54,519 nucleotides of DNA from contig JAAYTX010000067.1 of assembly GCA_012523635.1 (NCBI GenBank), positions 1 to 54,519 of the forward strand, in the 5' to 3' direction. A program made the translations under genes and the position numbers. How positions within the stretch are numbered: position 1 is the stretch's first letter; every line of letters begins with the position of its first letter. Source of the DNA: Elusimicrobiota bacterium (GTDB taxonomy: Bacteria; Elusimicrobiota; Elusimicrobia; Elusimicrobiales; Elusimicrobiaceae). The notes under the pieces are model-generated. The model saw only the letters and a list, made by a program, of their open reading frames with translations, was not told the origin of the DNA and searched no databases. Of the stretch, positions 9,426 to 18,430 are shown one piece after another.

Positions 9426-10319
9426 ATGCTAGAATACTGGACGGCCATGAACGTTAGAGAACTGATAGACGGCCACAAGGCCGTCTTTTCTTTCGAATTT
9501 TTCCCCCCGAAAACCGAGGCGGATACCAAAGCCCTTTTCAATGTTATAGGCGAGCTGAAGACACTGCAGCCTGATTACGTGTCCGTTACGCATTCCGCCA
9601 CCGGCGCGGCCCCGCTTAAAACCGCGGCGCTGGCGCGCATAATAAAAGAAAACTACGGCATGGAGCCGATAGCCCATTTCACCTGTATAGCCCATACCCG
9701 CCCGGAAGTGCGCGACATAGCCAAGCTGCTGAAAGAGCACGGCATACGGAATGTGCTGGCCCTGCGCGGCGACAGGAGGCCTGACGCGCCCCCGCCTCCG
9801 CCCAACCCATATAATTACGCGGCCGAACTGGTGCGGGACCTTAATGCCGAAGGCGGCTTCTGCATAGGCGTGGCGGGATACCCGGAAAAGCACCCGGAAG
9901 CGCCTTCGCCGGAAGCGGATATCGCAAGGCTAAGGGAAAAAGTGGACGCCGGGGCCAGTTTCATAATAACCCAGCTTTTCTTCAACAATGCGGATTACTT
10001 CTCGTTCGTGGACAAATGCCGCGCGGCTGGCATAGCTGTGCCTATAGTGCCCGGCATCATGCCGGTCACCAGCCACAAACAGCTTAACCGTTTCTCGGAA
10101 ATGTGCGGGTGCGTCATCCCGAAACACCTGGCTGAGGACCTGGAGCGCATCAAAGACATGCCGGAAGCGGTAGTGGAATACGGGATAGATTTCGCATACC
10201 GCCAGTGCAAGGAACTGCTGGACAAGGGCGCGCCCGGACTGCATTTCTATACACTCAACCGCTCAGTCTCCACCATGGCGGTGCTGCGCCGCCTGAAAAA
10301 CGAAGGCTACGGGAAATAA
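9426..10319 (+). CDS. metF: 5,10-methylenetetrahydrofolate reductase
   Basis: Carries the FSFEFFPPKTE signature and has MetF-like length and sequence throughout. The start may be the second ATG at 9447 (MNVREL), because the 9426 ATG lies inside a palindrome. Confidence 0.9.
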   Translation: MLEYWTAMNVRELIDGHKAVFSFEFFPPKTEADTKALFNVIGELKTLQPDYVSVTHSATGAAPLKTAALARIIKENYGMEPIAHFTCIAHTRPEVRDIAKLLKEHGIRNVLALRGDRRPDAPPPPPNPYNYAAELVRDLNAEGGFCIGVAGYPEKHPEAPSPEADIARLREKVDAGASFIITQLFFNNADYFSFVDKCRAAGIAVPIVPGIMPVTSHKQLNRFSEMCGCVIPKHLAEDLERIKDMPEAVVEYGIDFAYRQCKELLDKGAPGLHFYTLNRSVSTMAVLRRLKNEGYGK

Positions 10320-10334
10320 CCCCCTCTTAATCGC

Positions 10335-11039
10335 ATGGAAAAACTGCCCACAGTCACCGCGTCGCAAATGCGCGCCATAGATGCCGTGTGCATAGAGAAA
10401 TACGGCCTGTGCGGCCGAACTCTCATGGAAAACGCGGGGCGCGCCATTGCCGCCGAAATGCTGGTCGATTTCCCGGAAATGAGAGGCAAGGGCTGCGCAA
10501 TCCTGTGCGGACGCGGCAACAACGGCGGCGACGGCCTTGTGGCGGCGCGTTGCCTGAAGGCCTCGGGAACGCGTGCTGTCGCGTTCATCGCGCCGCCGGA
10601 GCAGGGGCCGCGCAGCGAACTTTTCAGCCTGAACCTGGAACGCGCGCAAAATTGCGGCGTGGAGATATTCACGCTGGAACCAGGCGTTGGGCATCTTACG
10701 CGGATATTGCAGGAAGCAGGCTGCGTGCTGGACGCCATCTTCGGCACCGGGGCCAAGGGCGCGCCCGACGGCGTTTGGGCCGAGGCGATACTGGCGGCCA
10801 ACGCCTCAGGCCTTAAAATAGCGGCGGCGGACATCCCCTCCGGCCTGGACGCCGACACCGGAACCGCCCACCCGGCCTGCATCAGGGCGGCTATTACCTA
10901 TACAATAGCACTGCCAAAACACGGGCTTGTAGCCGAACACGCCGACCCATATGTTGGCGAACTGAAAATTCTGGATATAGGCTTTCCCGAACAGGCTATC
11001 ATCGAAACGCTTAAGTCCGCGCAAAAAAACGCCTGCTGA
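10335..11039 (+). CDS. nnrE: NAD(P)H-hydrate epimerase (YjeF N-terminal domain)
   Basis: The CGRGNNGGDG motif and a size of 234 aa match a stand-alone YjeF_N domain. Confidence 0.85.
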   Translation: MEKLPTVTASQMRAIDAVCIEKYGLCGRTLMENAGRAIAAEMLVDFPEMRGKGCAILCGRGNNGGDGLVAARCLKASGTRAVAFIAPPEQGPRSELFSLNLERAQNCGVEIFTLEPGVGHLTRILQEAGCVLDAIFGTGAKGAPDGVWAEAILAANASGLKIAAADIPSGLDADTGTAHPACIRAAITYTIALPKHGLVAEHADPYVGELKILDIGFPEQAIIETLKSAQKNAC

Positions 11040-11041
11040 AA

Positions 11042-12427
11042 TCACTGCCTTCCGAAGCCGAAGCCTGCCGCCGCCGCAAACGCGAAATCCCTGTCCATAA
11101 AACTGCGCGTCACGCTGATGCCTATAGGCATCGGGAAACGCCAGAACCTGTAATAAAACGCCATGCCCGCGCCCGCCTGGGAATGGCACAGCGCGCCATC
11201 CAAGACCCATGAATGCTCCACAAAAGGCTCGGCTGTAAGAATGCCGCGCCTGCTGCGGCTCAGGAACCATGAATAGGCGGCAGTGGCCCCGAAGGCGCTG
11301 TCTCCGCGCCACTGGCGCAGGTAAGTGCCGCGCAGGAACCCGCCGCCGCTGCTGACGGCCAGCTGGGTGAACGGCAGCCCCCAGCCTTTCACGCCCGCCG
11401 CGGAAAACTGCAGCCTGTCGTGATGCCTGAATTCCCACACTCCGTTCCAGTTCAAATTGAGCGTCGTGTAATCATAATCCGAGCCCACGAAGGCGCCGGA
11501 TTTGCCCGCGCGCGCGGAAAATTCGTTGGTGCTGGCCGTGGCCGGCAACGGCTTCAGGCGCTCCTCCAAATCCGACAGCCCCATCCCGAACAGCACGCCC
11601 AGGCCTCCGCCTGAAAGGTTGGCCCCGCCGTTGGTCTTCAATGTATAGGAATAAGACAGCCCGAGAGCGTTGTGACTGCCGGGCTCGCTGGGAAGCAGCG
11701 ATGTCGAATCCGAAAAACTGTATTTGGACTGTGAATAATCCAAACCCAGCCTGTGGCGGTAATCGTCCCCGAAACGGCGCGCGACCGTGAACGAGGAAAA
11801 AGTGCTTTTCCTGGTGTAGGAATCAGACACGGAAGCAGCATGGCTTTCCGCGGCGTTGGTGCCGGCCACGCTGTAGGCGCCGTCGGCATAGTGCTTTTCA
11901 TTCTGCGAACTTTCGCCCGCCTTGGCGCTCACAAACCAGTTGCCTTTATGGAAGCCGAGCAGGCCCGACGTTTCGCCGCTTCCGGTTTTAAGCCTCGCGA
12001 ACATCGTTTCCGCGCGGCGCAGGACATTGCCGGAAACAAGAGTCAGGCTGAAGCCTCCGCCGTCGCTGCCGCCGGTGACAAACGGCAAGGGTATGAGATA
12101 CCAGCCGTCGCTGGCTTTGATATCCACCGCCACGCCGCCGGTGGCCGGGTCATAGCGGCTGTTCAGCGACACGCTTTTGAAAACCCCCATCTCATGCAGG
12201 TCGCGGCGGGACTGCGCCTCGGCCCCGGACGTCCACGGGCCGCCGGCCTTCAGCGCTATCTGCTCCATTATCTCGTCCGGGCTGGTGCGGCAGCCTGACA
12301 CCGTGATTGTGGAAACCCTCAGCCCTTCCAGAGACGGCGGCTGCCCCGCCAGCAACGCGGACGGGCAAAACAAAGCTTCGACCGACAACAGGCACAGGAA
12401 AACAAGCGCGGCAGGAAATCGTTTCAT
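11042..12427 (-). CDS. outer-membrane beta-barrel protein with POTRA-like domain (BamA/TamA/ShlB superfamily)
   Basis: Signal peptide MKRFPAALVFLCLLSVEALF, followed by the POTRA-like segment LEGLRVSTITVSGCRTSPDEIMEQIALKAGGPWT...GVFKSVSL. The remainder is rich in Gly and aromatic residues with an alternating beta-strand pattern. Confidence 0.6.
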   Translation of the reverse strand: MKRFPAALVFLCLLSVEALFCPSALLAGQPPSLEGLRVSTITVSGCRTSPDEIMEQIALKAGGPWTSGAEAQSRRDLHEMGVFKSVSLNSRYDPATGGVAVDIKASDGWYLIPLPFVTGGSDGGGFSLTLVSGNVLRRAETMFARLKTGSGETSGLLGFHKGNWFVSAKAGESSQNEKHYADGAYSVAGTNAAESHAASVSDSYTRKSTFSSFTVARRFGDDYRHRLGLDYSQSKYSFSDSTSLLPSEPGSHNALGLSYSYTLKTNGGANLSGGGLGVLFGMGLSDLEERLKPLPATASTNEFSARAGKSGAFVGSDYDYTTLNLNWNGVWEFRHHDRLQFSAAGVKGWGLPFTQLAVSSGGGFLRGTYLRQWRGDSAFGATAAYSWFLSRSRRGILTAEPFVEHSWVLDGALCHSQAGAGMAFYYRFWRFPMPIGISVTRSFMDRDFAFAAAAGFGFGRQ

Positions 12428-12507
12428 CAGATAAAAAGCCGCATTCGCGGCCGTTCTTCAATCATAGCAAGGGAATCAAGCGCGTGAAAACCGGCGGGCC
12501 GGAAAAA

Positions 12508-15500
12508 CTACTGCCGCCCGGCTTCGCCCAGCTCGGCCAAAGCCTTGCGCAGGTTCTCCTGATGCCTGCGGCTTTCCAGCGCGGAGAACAGGCTGTACAC
12601 GCATGGCACCACCAGCAGAGTCAGCAGAGTCGAAACCAGCACGCCGCCTATCACGACAAGCGCCATGGGGATGCGCGTCTCGGCCCCGGGGCCAAGGCCC
12701 AGCGCCGGAGGTATGGCAGCAGCAATTGTGGCCACAGAAGTCATCAGAATCGGGCGCAGCCTTATGGGGCAGGCTTCCAAAAGGGCTTCACGCACACCCT
12801 TGCCCTCGCCCCTGCGGCTGTTGGTGAAGTCCACCAGCAGTATGGAATTTTTCTTGACTATGCCCATAAGCAATATGATGCCTATCATGCTGTAGATGTT
12901 CAAAGTGCGGTCCCCGACATAAAGCGCTATGAAAGCGCCCGTCACGCTGAAAGGCAGGGCCATCAGGACGGTAACCGGATGCACGAAGCTGTTAAACTGC
13001 GAAGCCAGCACCATGTATGCCACCAGCACGCCAAGCCCGAGCGCCAGGAACAGGCTGGAAAAAGAATCCTCGAAAGTCTTTGAACTTCCGGAGAACAGCA
13101 GGCTGTAGTTTTCAGGCAGCAGTTTCTTGCCTATTTTCTCGGCTTCGGCCATGGCTTCGGCCTGCGCGACTCCCGGCGCGGGATTGGCGAAAATACCTAT
13201 CGCGCGCTCGCGGTTGCGGCGCGAGATTGACAGCAGGCTGGGACGTTCCACTATGCTCACCACGTCTCCCAGCGGTATCACCTCGCCGCTGTTGTTGCGC
13301 ACCCAGATTTTCTTTATGCTGTCCGGCGTCACGTTCTTGTCCTTGTCCAGCTTGACGCGGATGTCGTAACGTTTGCCGTTTCTGGTGAACCTGCCTACCC
13401 GCACCCCGCCGATAAGCGCGTTCACCGCGTTGCAGATGGATTCCACGCTCACGCCGCGCGCCGCGGCCTTGTCCCGGTCGGGGATGACCTGCAGTTCCGG
13501 CATTCCCGCGAGGAAATCGCTGTCCACGTCAAGCATTTTGCCCGAATCCTTCATTGCGGCCATTATCTGGCTGGAAAGCTGCCCGAGCCTCTCCCAGTCG
13601 GGGCCGCGCAGGCTAAGCTCCACAGGGTATCCGCGCTGAGCCGTGAAGCCCGACAGGGACAGGTCCTGTATGGACACCCGCTCCATGCCCGGCATGGCGT
13701 TGAAGGCTTTTCTGGCCGCCTGCATGAACTGCTGCTGGGTGGGAGGGCGGCGCATGCCGGGCAGCGGCACGCGCTTGTCTTTGTCCCTAAGTGTGACGAA
13801 GGCCATTATGGAATTGACCTGTCCGCCGCCCATGCCGCCCACGGAATAAAAATAATCCGTCACGTTCAGCTGGGATGCAAGCCAGGTCTGCACCTGTTGC
13901 GCCACGGAATCCGTGAACTCAAGCGAGGAGCCTATCGGCGTCTGCATCCTGACCATGAACATGCTCTGGTCCTGCGAGGGCACGAATTCCTTCTTGAGGC
14001 GGGAAGCTATCAACAGCGAAGCCCCGAACGCGGCAGAGGCCAGCAACAGCACGGTCCAGCGCCAGTCCAGCAGCACTCCCAGCACGCGGCGGTAATATTC
14101 CGCCAGTTGATGAAAGGCCTTGTCCACCCACACGCCAAGACGGGTGCTGCGCGAAGCGTCCACGAACTGGGAACACCGCATGGGCGTAAGCGTAAGCGCC
14201 TCCAGCAGCGACAGCAACACCGCCGCAGTCATGGTGACCCCGAACTGGTAGAAAAACTTTCCTATTATGCCCTTCATGAACACCACGGGCACAAATATGG
14301 CCAGTATGGCCACCGAGGCGGCCATCGCCGGGAAGGTGACCTCGCGCGCCCCCACTATCGCGGACTTCACGCGGCTCATGCCGCTTTCGTTGTAGCGCAC
14401 TATGTTTTCCAGCACCATGATTGCGTCGTCAACCACTATGCCTATGGCCAGCGACAACCCCAGCAGCGTGAAGGTGTTCAGCGTAAAGCCCATGAAATAT
14501 AGAATCAGGAAGGAACCGATGATTGAAGTAGGTATGGCCAGCAGAATGTTGAGCGTGGAACTCCACGAACCCAGAACCAGCCAGCAAACCAGCCCGGTAA
14601 GCAGCGCCGACAGAAGCAGCGTGGAATTCAGCTCGTGCGTGGATTCCTCTATAAACTTCGTGGTGTCTATGCGCACGCGGATATCCATGCCGGGGGGCAG
14701 GGTTTTTCGCACTTCCTCTATGCGCTCCTTGACCGCGCGGGCCACGGCCACGGCGTTGGAGCCGCGCTGTTTCTTGATGCCCAGGCTCACGGCAGTCTCG
14801 CCGTTGGCGCGCGCCACGCGGCGAACGTCTTCGAGGCCGTCTTCAACCGTCGCCACGTCGCCTATGCGGAAGGTGCGCCAGATGGACGCGCCGCCGCGCT
14901 TGGGGATAACTATGCGCGCGAAATCGGCCGGGGTGCCGGCTTCCCCCATAACGCGCACGTTGACCTCTTTTTTACCTTCGCTGATATAGCCCGACGGCAT
15001 CTCCAGATGCTGGCTTCCGACCGCGTCCACCACGTCCGAAACCGTAAGCTGCCGGCTGTTGAGCTTCTCCAGGTCAACCCAGATTCGGAGGTTGGGCTCC
15101 AGATATCCGCCAAGGTCCACATCGCCTACTCCGGCTATGGTGGTGAACTTGTCCTTCAGGTGGTCGTTGGTGTAGGACATCATGTCGCGCAGCGACCTGT
15201 TGCTTGTCACCATCACGCGCAAAATGGGCTGGTCTTCCGGGTTGGTCTTTGTGATGACGGGCGGGTCTATCTCGTCGGGCAGGTTGCGCTGGGCCTGCGA
15301 TATCTTGGTCTGCACCTCCTGAAGGGCCACGTCTATATCGCGGTCGAGCTCGAATTCTATGGTAACTGTCGCATTGCCCTGGCGGGAAACGGAGGAAACT
15401 TCTTTTATGCCCTGTATCCCCATCACCGCGCCTTCTATGATATCGGTAACCTGGGTCTCCATCACCTCGGGCGCGGCGCCCTCCAGCGTAACCTTGACAT

Positions 15501-15636
15501 TCACCACGGGGTAATCCACGTCGGGGAGCTGGCTTATTCCCATCCTGGAAAAACCGAACCAGCCGAAAATTATCAGTCCGGCCATCAGCATCCAGGCGAA
15601 CACAGGATTTTTTATGGAAAGGTCGGAAAGGGTCAT
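12508..15636 (-). CDS. RND efflux transporter, AcrB/HAE1-like inner-membrane permease
   Basis: 1042 aa. The N-terminus LSIKNPVFAWMLMAGLIIFGWFGFSRMGISQLPDVDYPVV and the overall 12-TM, two-large-loop architecture are canonical for AcrB-type pumps. Confidence 0.95.
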   Translation of the reverse strand: MTLSDLSIKNPVFAWMLMAGLIIFGWFGFSRMGISQLPDVDYPVVNVKVTLEGAAPEVMETQVTDIIEGAVMGIQGIKEVSSVSRQGNATVTIEFELDRDIDVALQEVQTKISQAQRNLPDEIDPPVITKTNPEDQPILRVMVTSNRSLRDMMSYTNDHLKDKFTTIAGVGDVDLGGYLEPNLRIWVDLEKLNSRQLTVSDVVDAVGSQHLEMPSGYISEGKKEVNVRVMGEAGTPADFARIVIPKRGGASIWRTFRIGDVATVEDGLEDVRRVARANGETAVSLGIKKQRGSNAVAVARAVKERIEEVRKTLPPGMDIRVRIDTTKFIEESTHELNSTLLLSALLTGLVCWLVLGSWSSTLNILLAIPTSIIGSFLILYFMGFTLNTFTLLGLSLAIGIVVDDAIMVLENIVRYNESGMSRVKSAIVGAREVTFPAMAASVAILAIFVPVVFMKGIIGKFFYQFGVTMTAAVLLSLLEALTLTPMRCSQFVDASRSTRLGVWVDKAFHQLAEYYRRVLGVLLDWRWTVLLLASAAFGASLLIASRLKKEFVPSQDQSMFMVRMQTPIGSSLEFTDSVAQQVQTWLASQLNVTDYFYSVGGMGGGQVNSIMAFVTLRDKDKRVPLPGMRRPPTQQQFMQAARKAFNAMPGMERVSIQDLSLSGFTAQRGYPVELSLRGPDWERLGQLSSQIMAAMKDSGKMLDVDSDFLAGMPELQVIPDRDKAAARGVSVESICNAVNALIGGVRVGRFTRNGKRYDIRVKLDKDKNVTPDSIKKIWVRNNSGEVIPLGDVVSIVERPSLLSISRRNRERAIGIFANPAPGVAQAEAMAEAEKIGKKLLPENYSLLFSGSSKTFEDSFSSLFLALGLGVLVAYMVLASQFNSFVHPVTVLMALPFSVTGAFIALYVGDRTLNIYSMIGIILLMGIVKKNSILLVDFTNSRRGEGKGVREALLEACPIRLRPILMTSVATIAAAIPPALGLGPGAETRIPMALVVIGGVLVSTLLTLLVVPCVYSLFSALESRRHQENLRKALAELGEAGRQ

Positions 15637-16913
15637 CGCGAAGCCTCGCCTGGGCCGCCCATGGCAACCTCAAGCTCCATGGCGGCCCGCGACTCCTCGG
15701 CCCGGGCCTGCAGCAGTTCAAGGCTGGCAGAAAGCGCGTCATTCATGGACGACAGCACATCCATGTTGGCTACCAGCCCGTAGCGGTAGTCCGCGCTCTG
15801 GGCCTGGAAATTGCGCTGCGCCCAGTCAAGCGCGTTCTCGCGCGCGGCCACGGTAGCCTGGGCAAAATGCAATTTGTCGTAATACTGGCGCACTTCAGTA
15901 CGGGCCTGCCGCTTGGCCAGTTCAAGGGAAATTGCCGCCATATTACGAGAAGACTGCGCCTGGCTTACCTGCGCGGAAACCTTGCCTCCTGTATAAAGCG
16001 GAAACTGAAGAGAAGCAGTGAAATCCCATTTTATGCCTGAATACGTGTCGGTGCGGTCAAGGTAGTAATTGGCGTCCGCCGACAGTGTAGGCCACAGCTG
16101 GCGGCGCTGCGTCTGCACCCGCAAATCAGCCGATTCAAGGGTTTTGCCGGCCGCCAGGATATCGGCGCGGGAATCTATCGTCGCAAGGCAGGTTTCGAGC
16201 GGACGGTTGTCCTGTCCTGGCAGCGACTGCGGAGCCAGATCCGTTTCCAGGCCAGTCAGGAACTGCAAAGACTGCTGAGCCACGCGTTCCTGTCCCAGTT
16301 CCTGCCGCAACTGCGCGCGATATTGGGCGACGCCGGCCTCGGCCGCAAGCACTTCGCTTTTGCGGGAACGCCCAAGGCGCTCGCGCTCCTGCAACTCCTT
16401 CACGCGGTCCAGGGCCACCTGTATCTGGCGCTGCCGCACGCGTATCTGCGCCTGTGCCAGAAACAGGTCAAGATATGCGTTCCCGGCCGTCACATACATG
16501 ACCTGCCGCGCCCGCGACAAAGCAAGCCTGGCGGATTCGGTATCGGATGTGGAAGCGCGAAGTGACAGATAGTCCCGCATGCCGGAAAACACATCGTACT
16601 GCGCGTTAAGCGCGCCGGTGCGCCGCGACGTGGCCGTATTCGAGCCGGAAACCCCGGCCGACGGCGTGTCCTGGTAGAACTGCGTCCCATTGAACGAAGC
16701 ATAGGGCCTGAAGGCCGCCCGGGCCGCCTGTTCCGCTCCGCGCAGAAGTTCAACCTCCTGCCCCTGCAAAGCCAAAGTTTCGCTGCGGGACAGCGAGAGG
16801 GAGTACGCCTCGCCCAGATTTATGCCGCGCATGGTGGAGGTGGAAAACTCCTCAGCCAGAACGAAGGACGACGCAAGCGCCAGCAGGAAAAAAGAGAATA
16901 TAAGCCGCGCCAT
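15633..16913 (-). CDS. TolC-family outer membrane efflux protein
   Basis: The likely start is MARLIFSFFLLALASSFVLA (ATG 16911-16913), which reads as a signal peptide; the track ORF is extended to 17021. The sequence shows two OEP-type repeats. It has an ATGA overlap with the RND gene and a 1-nt overlap with tetR. Confidence 0.8.
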   Translation of the reverse strand: MARLIFSFFLLALASSFVLAEEFSTSTMRGINLGEAYSLSLSRSETLALQGQEVELLRGAEQAARAAFRPYASFNGTQFYQDTPSAGVSGSNTATSRRTGALNAQYDVFSGMRDYLSLRASTSDTESARLALSRARQVMYVTAGNAYLDLFLAQAQIRVRQRQIQVALDRVKELQERERLGRSRKSEVLAAEAGVAQYRAQLRQELGQERVAQQSLQFLTGLETDLAPQSLPGQDNRPLETCLATIDSRADILAAGKTLESADLRVQTQRRQLWPTLSADANYYLDRTDTYSGIKWDFTASLQFPLYTGGKVSAQVSQAQSSRNMAAISLELAKRQARTEVRQYYDKLHFAQATVAARENALDWAQRNFQAQSADYRYGLVANMDVLSSMNDALSASLELLQARAEESRAAMELEVAMGGPGEASR

Positions 16914-17506
16914 CAGCTTGCCCCGGTACCGCGCAGATAGCGCTTCACAATCTGGCCGCAGACTTTTTCCGAAGACAGAGGCAGGCCGGAGACTCGGTGC
17001 ACCACCACCACGCTGCGGCAAATGCCGAACAACGCCGCTGAGTCATACAGGGAGTCTTCCGACAGACGCAAAAGCCCGTCATCAGCGCATAACCTAAGTA
17101 TGGAAAGAATGGCCCTCATATTGCCCGCTATGCAGGATTTTATCCGGGCCTGAGCCGCTTTACCCGCCACACCGCCAGTGAAATTGGAGAAAATGTCATA
17201 CTTGCGCACACAGTGGTCCACCAGAACGCGCACTGCGGCATTAAGCAGAGCCTCGCCTCGAAGCCCCGAGTCCGCCGTGGCGCGAAGACGCTTGCCCAGC
17301 ATGTCAACCACATGCTCGTTGGCGGCCTCAAAAAGAGCGGCTTTGCAGGGGAAATGGCAGAAAAGCGTGCCTTTAGCCACTCCGGCTTCCTTGGCAACCG
17401 CGTCCATGGTGATGGGAGCCGAACCGTACTTATCCAGCAGGTGCACGGCCGCCTCAAGGATGGACTGTTCGGTATCGGCCCTGGGGGCCCTGGCTGTTTT
17501 GCTCAT
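16913..17506 (-). CDS. TetR/AcrR family transcriptional regulator
   Basis: N-terminal HTH region ILEAAVHLLDKYGSAPITMDAVAKEAGVAKGTLFCHF. Start chosen at ATG 17504-17506 (MSKTARAPR); the track GTG at 17530 lies inside the operator palindrome. Confidence 0.85.
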   Translation of the reverse strand: MSKTARAPRADTEQSILEAAVHLLDKYGSAPITMDAVAKEAGVAKGTLFCHFPCKAALFEAANEHVVDMLGKRLRATADSGLRGEALLNAAVRVLVDHCVRKYDIFSNFTGGVAGKAAQARIKSCIAGNMRAILSILRLCADDGLLRLSEDSLYDSAALFGICRSVVVVHRVSGLPLSSEKVCGQIVKRYLRGTGAS

Positions 17507-17508
17507 AT

Positions 17509-17532
17509 AAGTGACTGACCGGTCAGTCACTT
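17509..17532. promoter_or_regulatory. perfect 24-bp palindrome, candidate TetR operator
   Basis: AAGTGACTGACC|GGTCAGTCACTT is an exact reverse complement. It lies 3 nt upstream of the tetR ATG, at the head of the tetR-tolC-RND operon. Confidence 0.7.
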
Positions 17533-17692
17533 ACCATGATAACAAAAAAGCGGCTGTAAAAACCGCTTTGCCCATAGCTTCGAATTTTTATCCGGACAAA
17601 GCCGTCAGGACTGCGGAGATTGTGACGGATGAAACGCCCTGCCCCACAGTTTGTTTACCGCATGGGATGCGGCGCAGATAAGCACAATAAGG

Positions 17693-18340
17693 TTAATGCC
17701 AGAATTTGGCCTTGAGTTCAGCGACTTTGGGGCCGAGGCCATCCTTCACCGGTATTCCGCGCTCCACCGAACTGTTGATATGAGAGGCGTCCTTGGTCTT
17801 AAGAAATTTTTTCATACCCTGATTGTTTACCCAGTAATAAATGCCCCAGTTAAGCAGATTCCATTCCTCGCTGTAGGGGTTGGCCTCGTAATCCACGTAA
17901 TAAAGGTCTTCACTGGTGGTAATCAGGAAATTGGCCGGGAAGTAGTCGATGTTGATATTGCCGGTCTCCAGTTCCATGGCATAGGAAAAAAGCTGGCTGA
18001 AAACCCTGTCGCTCACTCTTGAAGCGGCCACGGCCTCGGAACCCACTGTCCCGCACAGGAAATCCTTTATCAGATACTTGCGCTCAAGGTCGTACTCATG
18101 CATCACCGGGATTTTTATGGAAGTATTGCGCAGGCGCTTGTACCATTCAAGCTCCGCGCCCATCTTGTCCGCGACATGATAGTAGGGCACTTCCTCGTCA
18201 TGAATGACCTTCAGAACCTTGAAACCGTCTTCGTTCTCAATGAGGTACACATGTCCGGATTTGCCCTTGCCAAGAAATTGGCGGACCTTGTAAACGCCGT
18301 GGGCGGCTTTGAATTCTGTGTTAGGCTGCAAAAGAGGCAT
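17693..18340 (-). CDS. small protein-kinase-like fold protein (atypical kinase)
   Basis: Gly-rich loop GKGKSGHVY followed by FKVLKV (putative catalytic Lys). Catalytic-loop-like NIDYFPANFLI and a YYVDYE metal-binding-like motif follow. At 215 aa it has no other domain. Confidence 0.55.
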   Translation of the reverse strand: MPLLQPNTEFKAAHGVYKVRQFLGKGKSGHVYLIENEDGFKVLKVIHDEEVPYYHVADKMGAELEWYKRLRNTSIKIPVMHEYDLERKYLIKDFLCGTVGSEAVAASRVSDRVFSQLFSYAMELETGNINIDYFPANFLITTSEDLYYVDYEANPYSEEWNLLNWGIYYWVNNQGMKKFLKTKDASHINSSVERGIPVKDGLGPKVAELKAKFWH

Positions 18341-18430
18341 CTGTCTCCCCCCTAATCAGGGCAATTCCGGGTTTTGCTCCCCGCATCATTGTATTAAACT
18401 AACGGCGCGCCGTTGCATAATCCCCGATAA

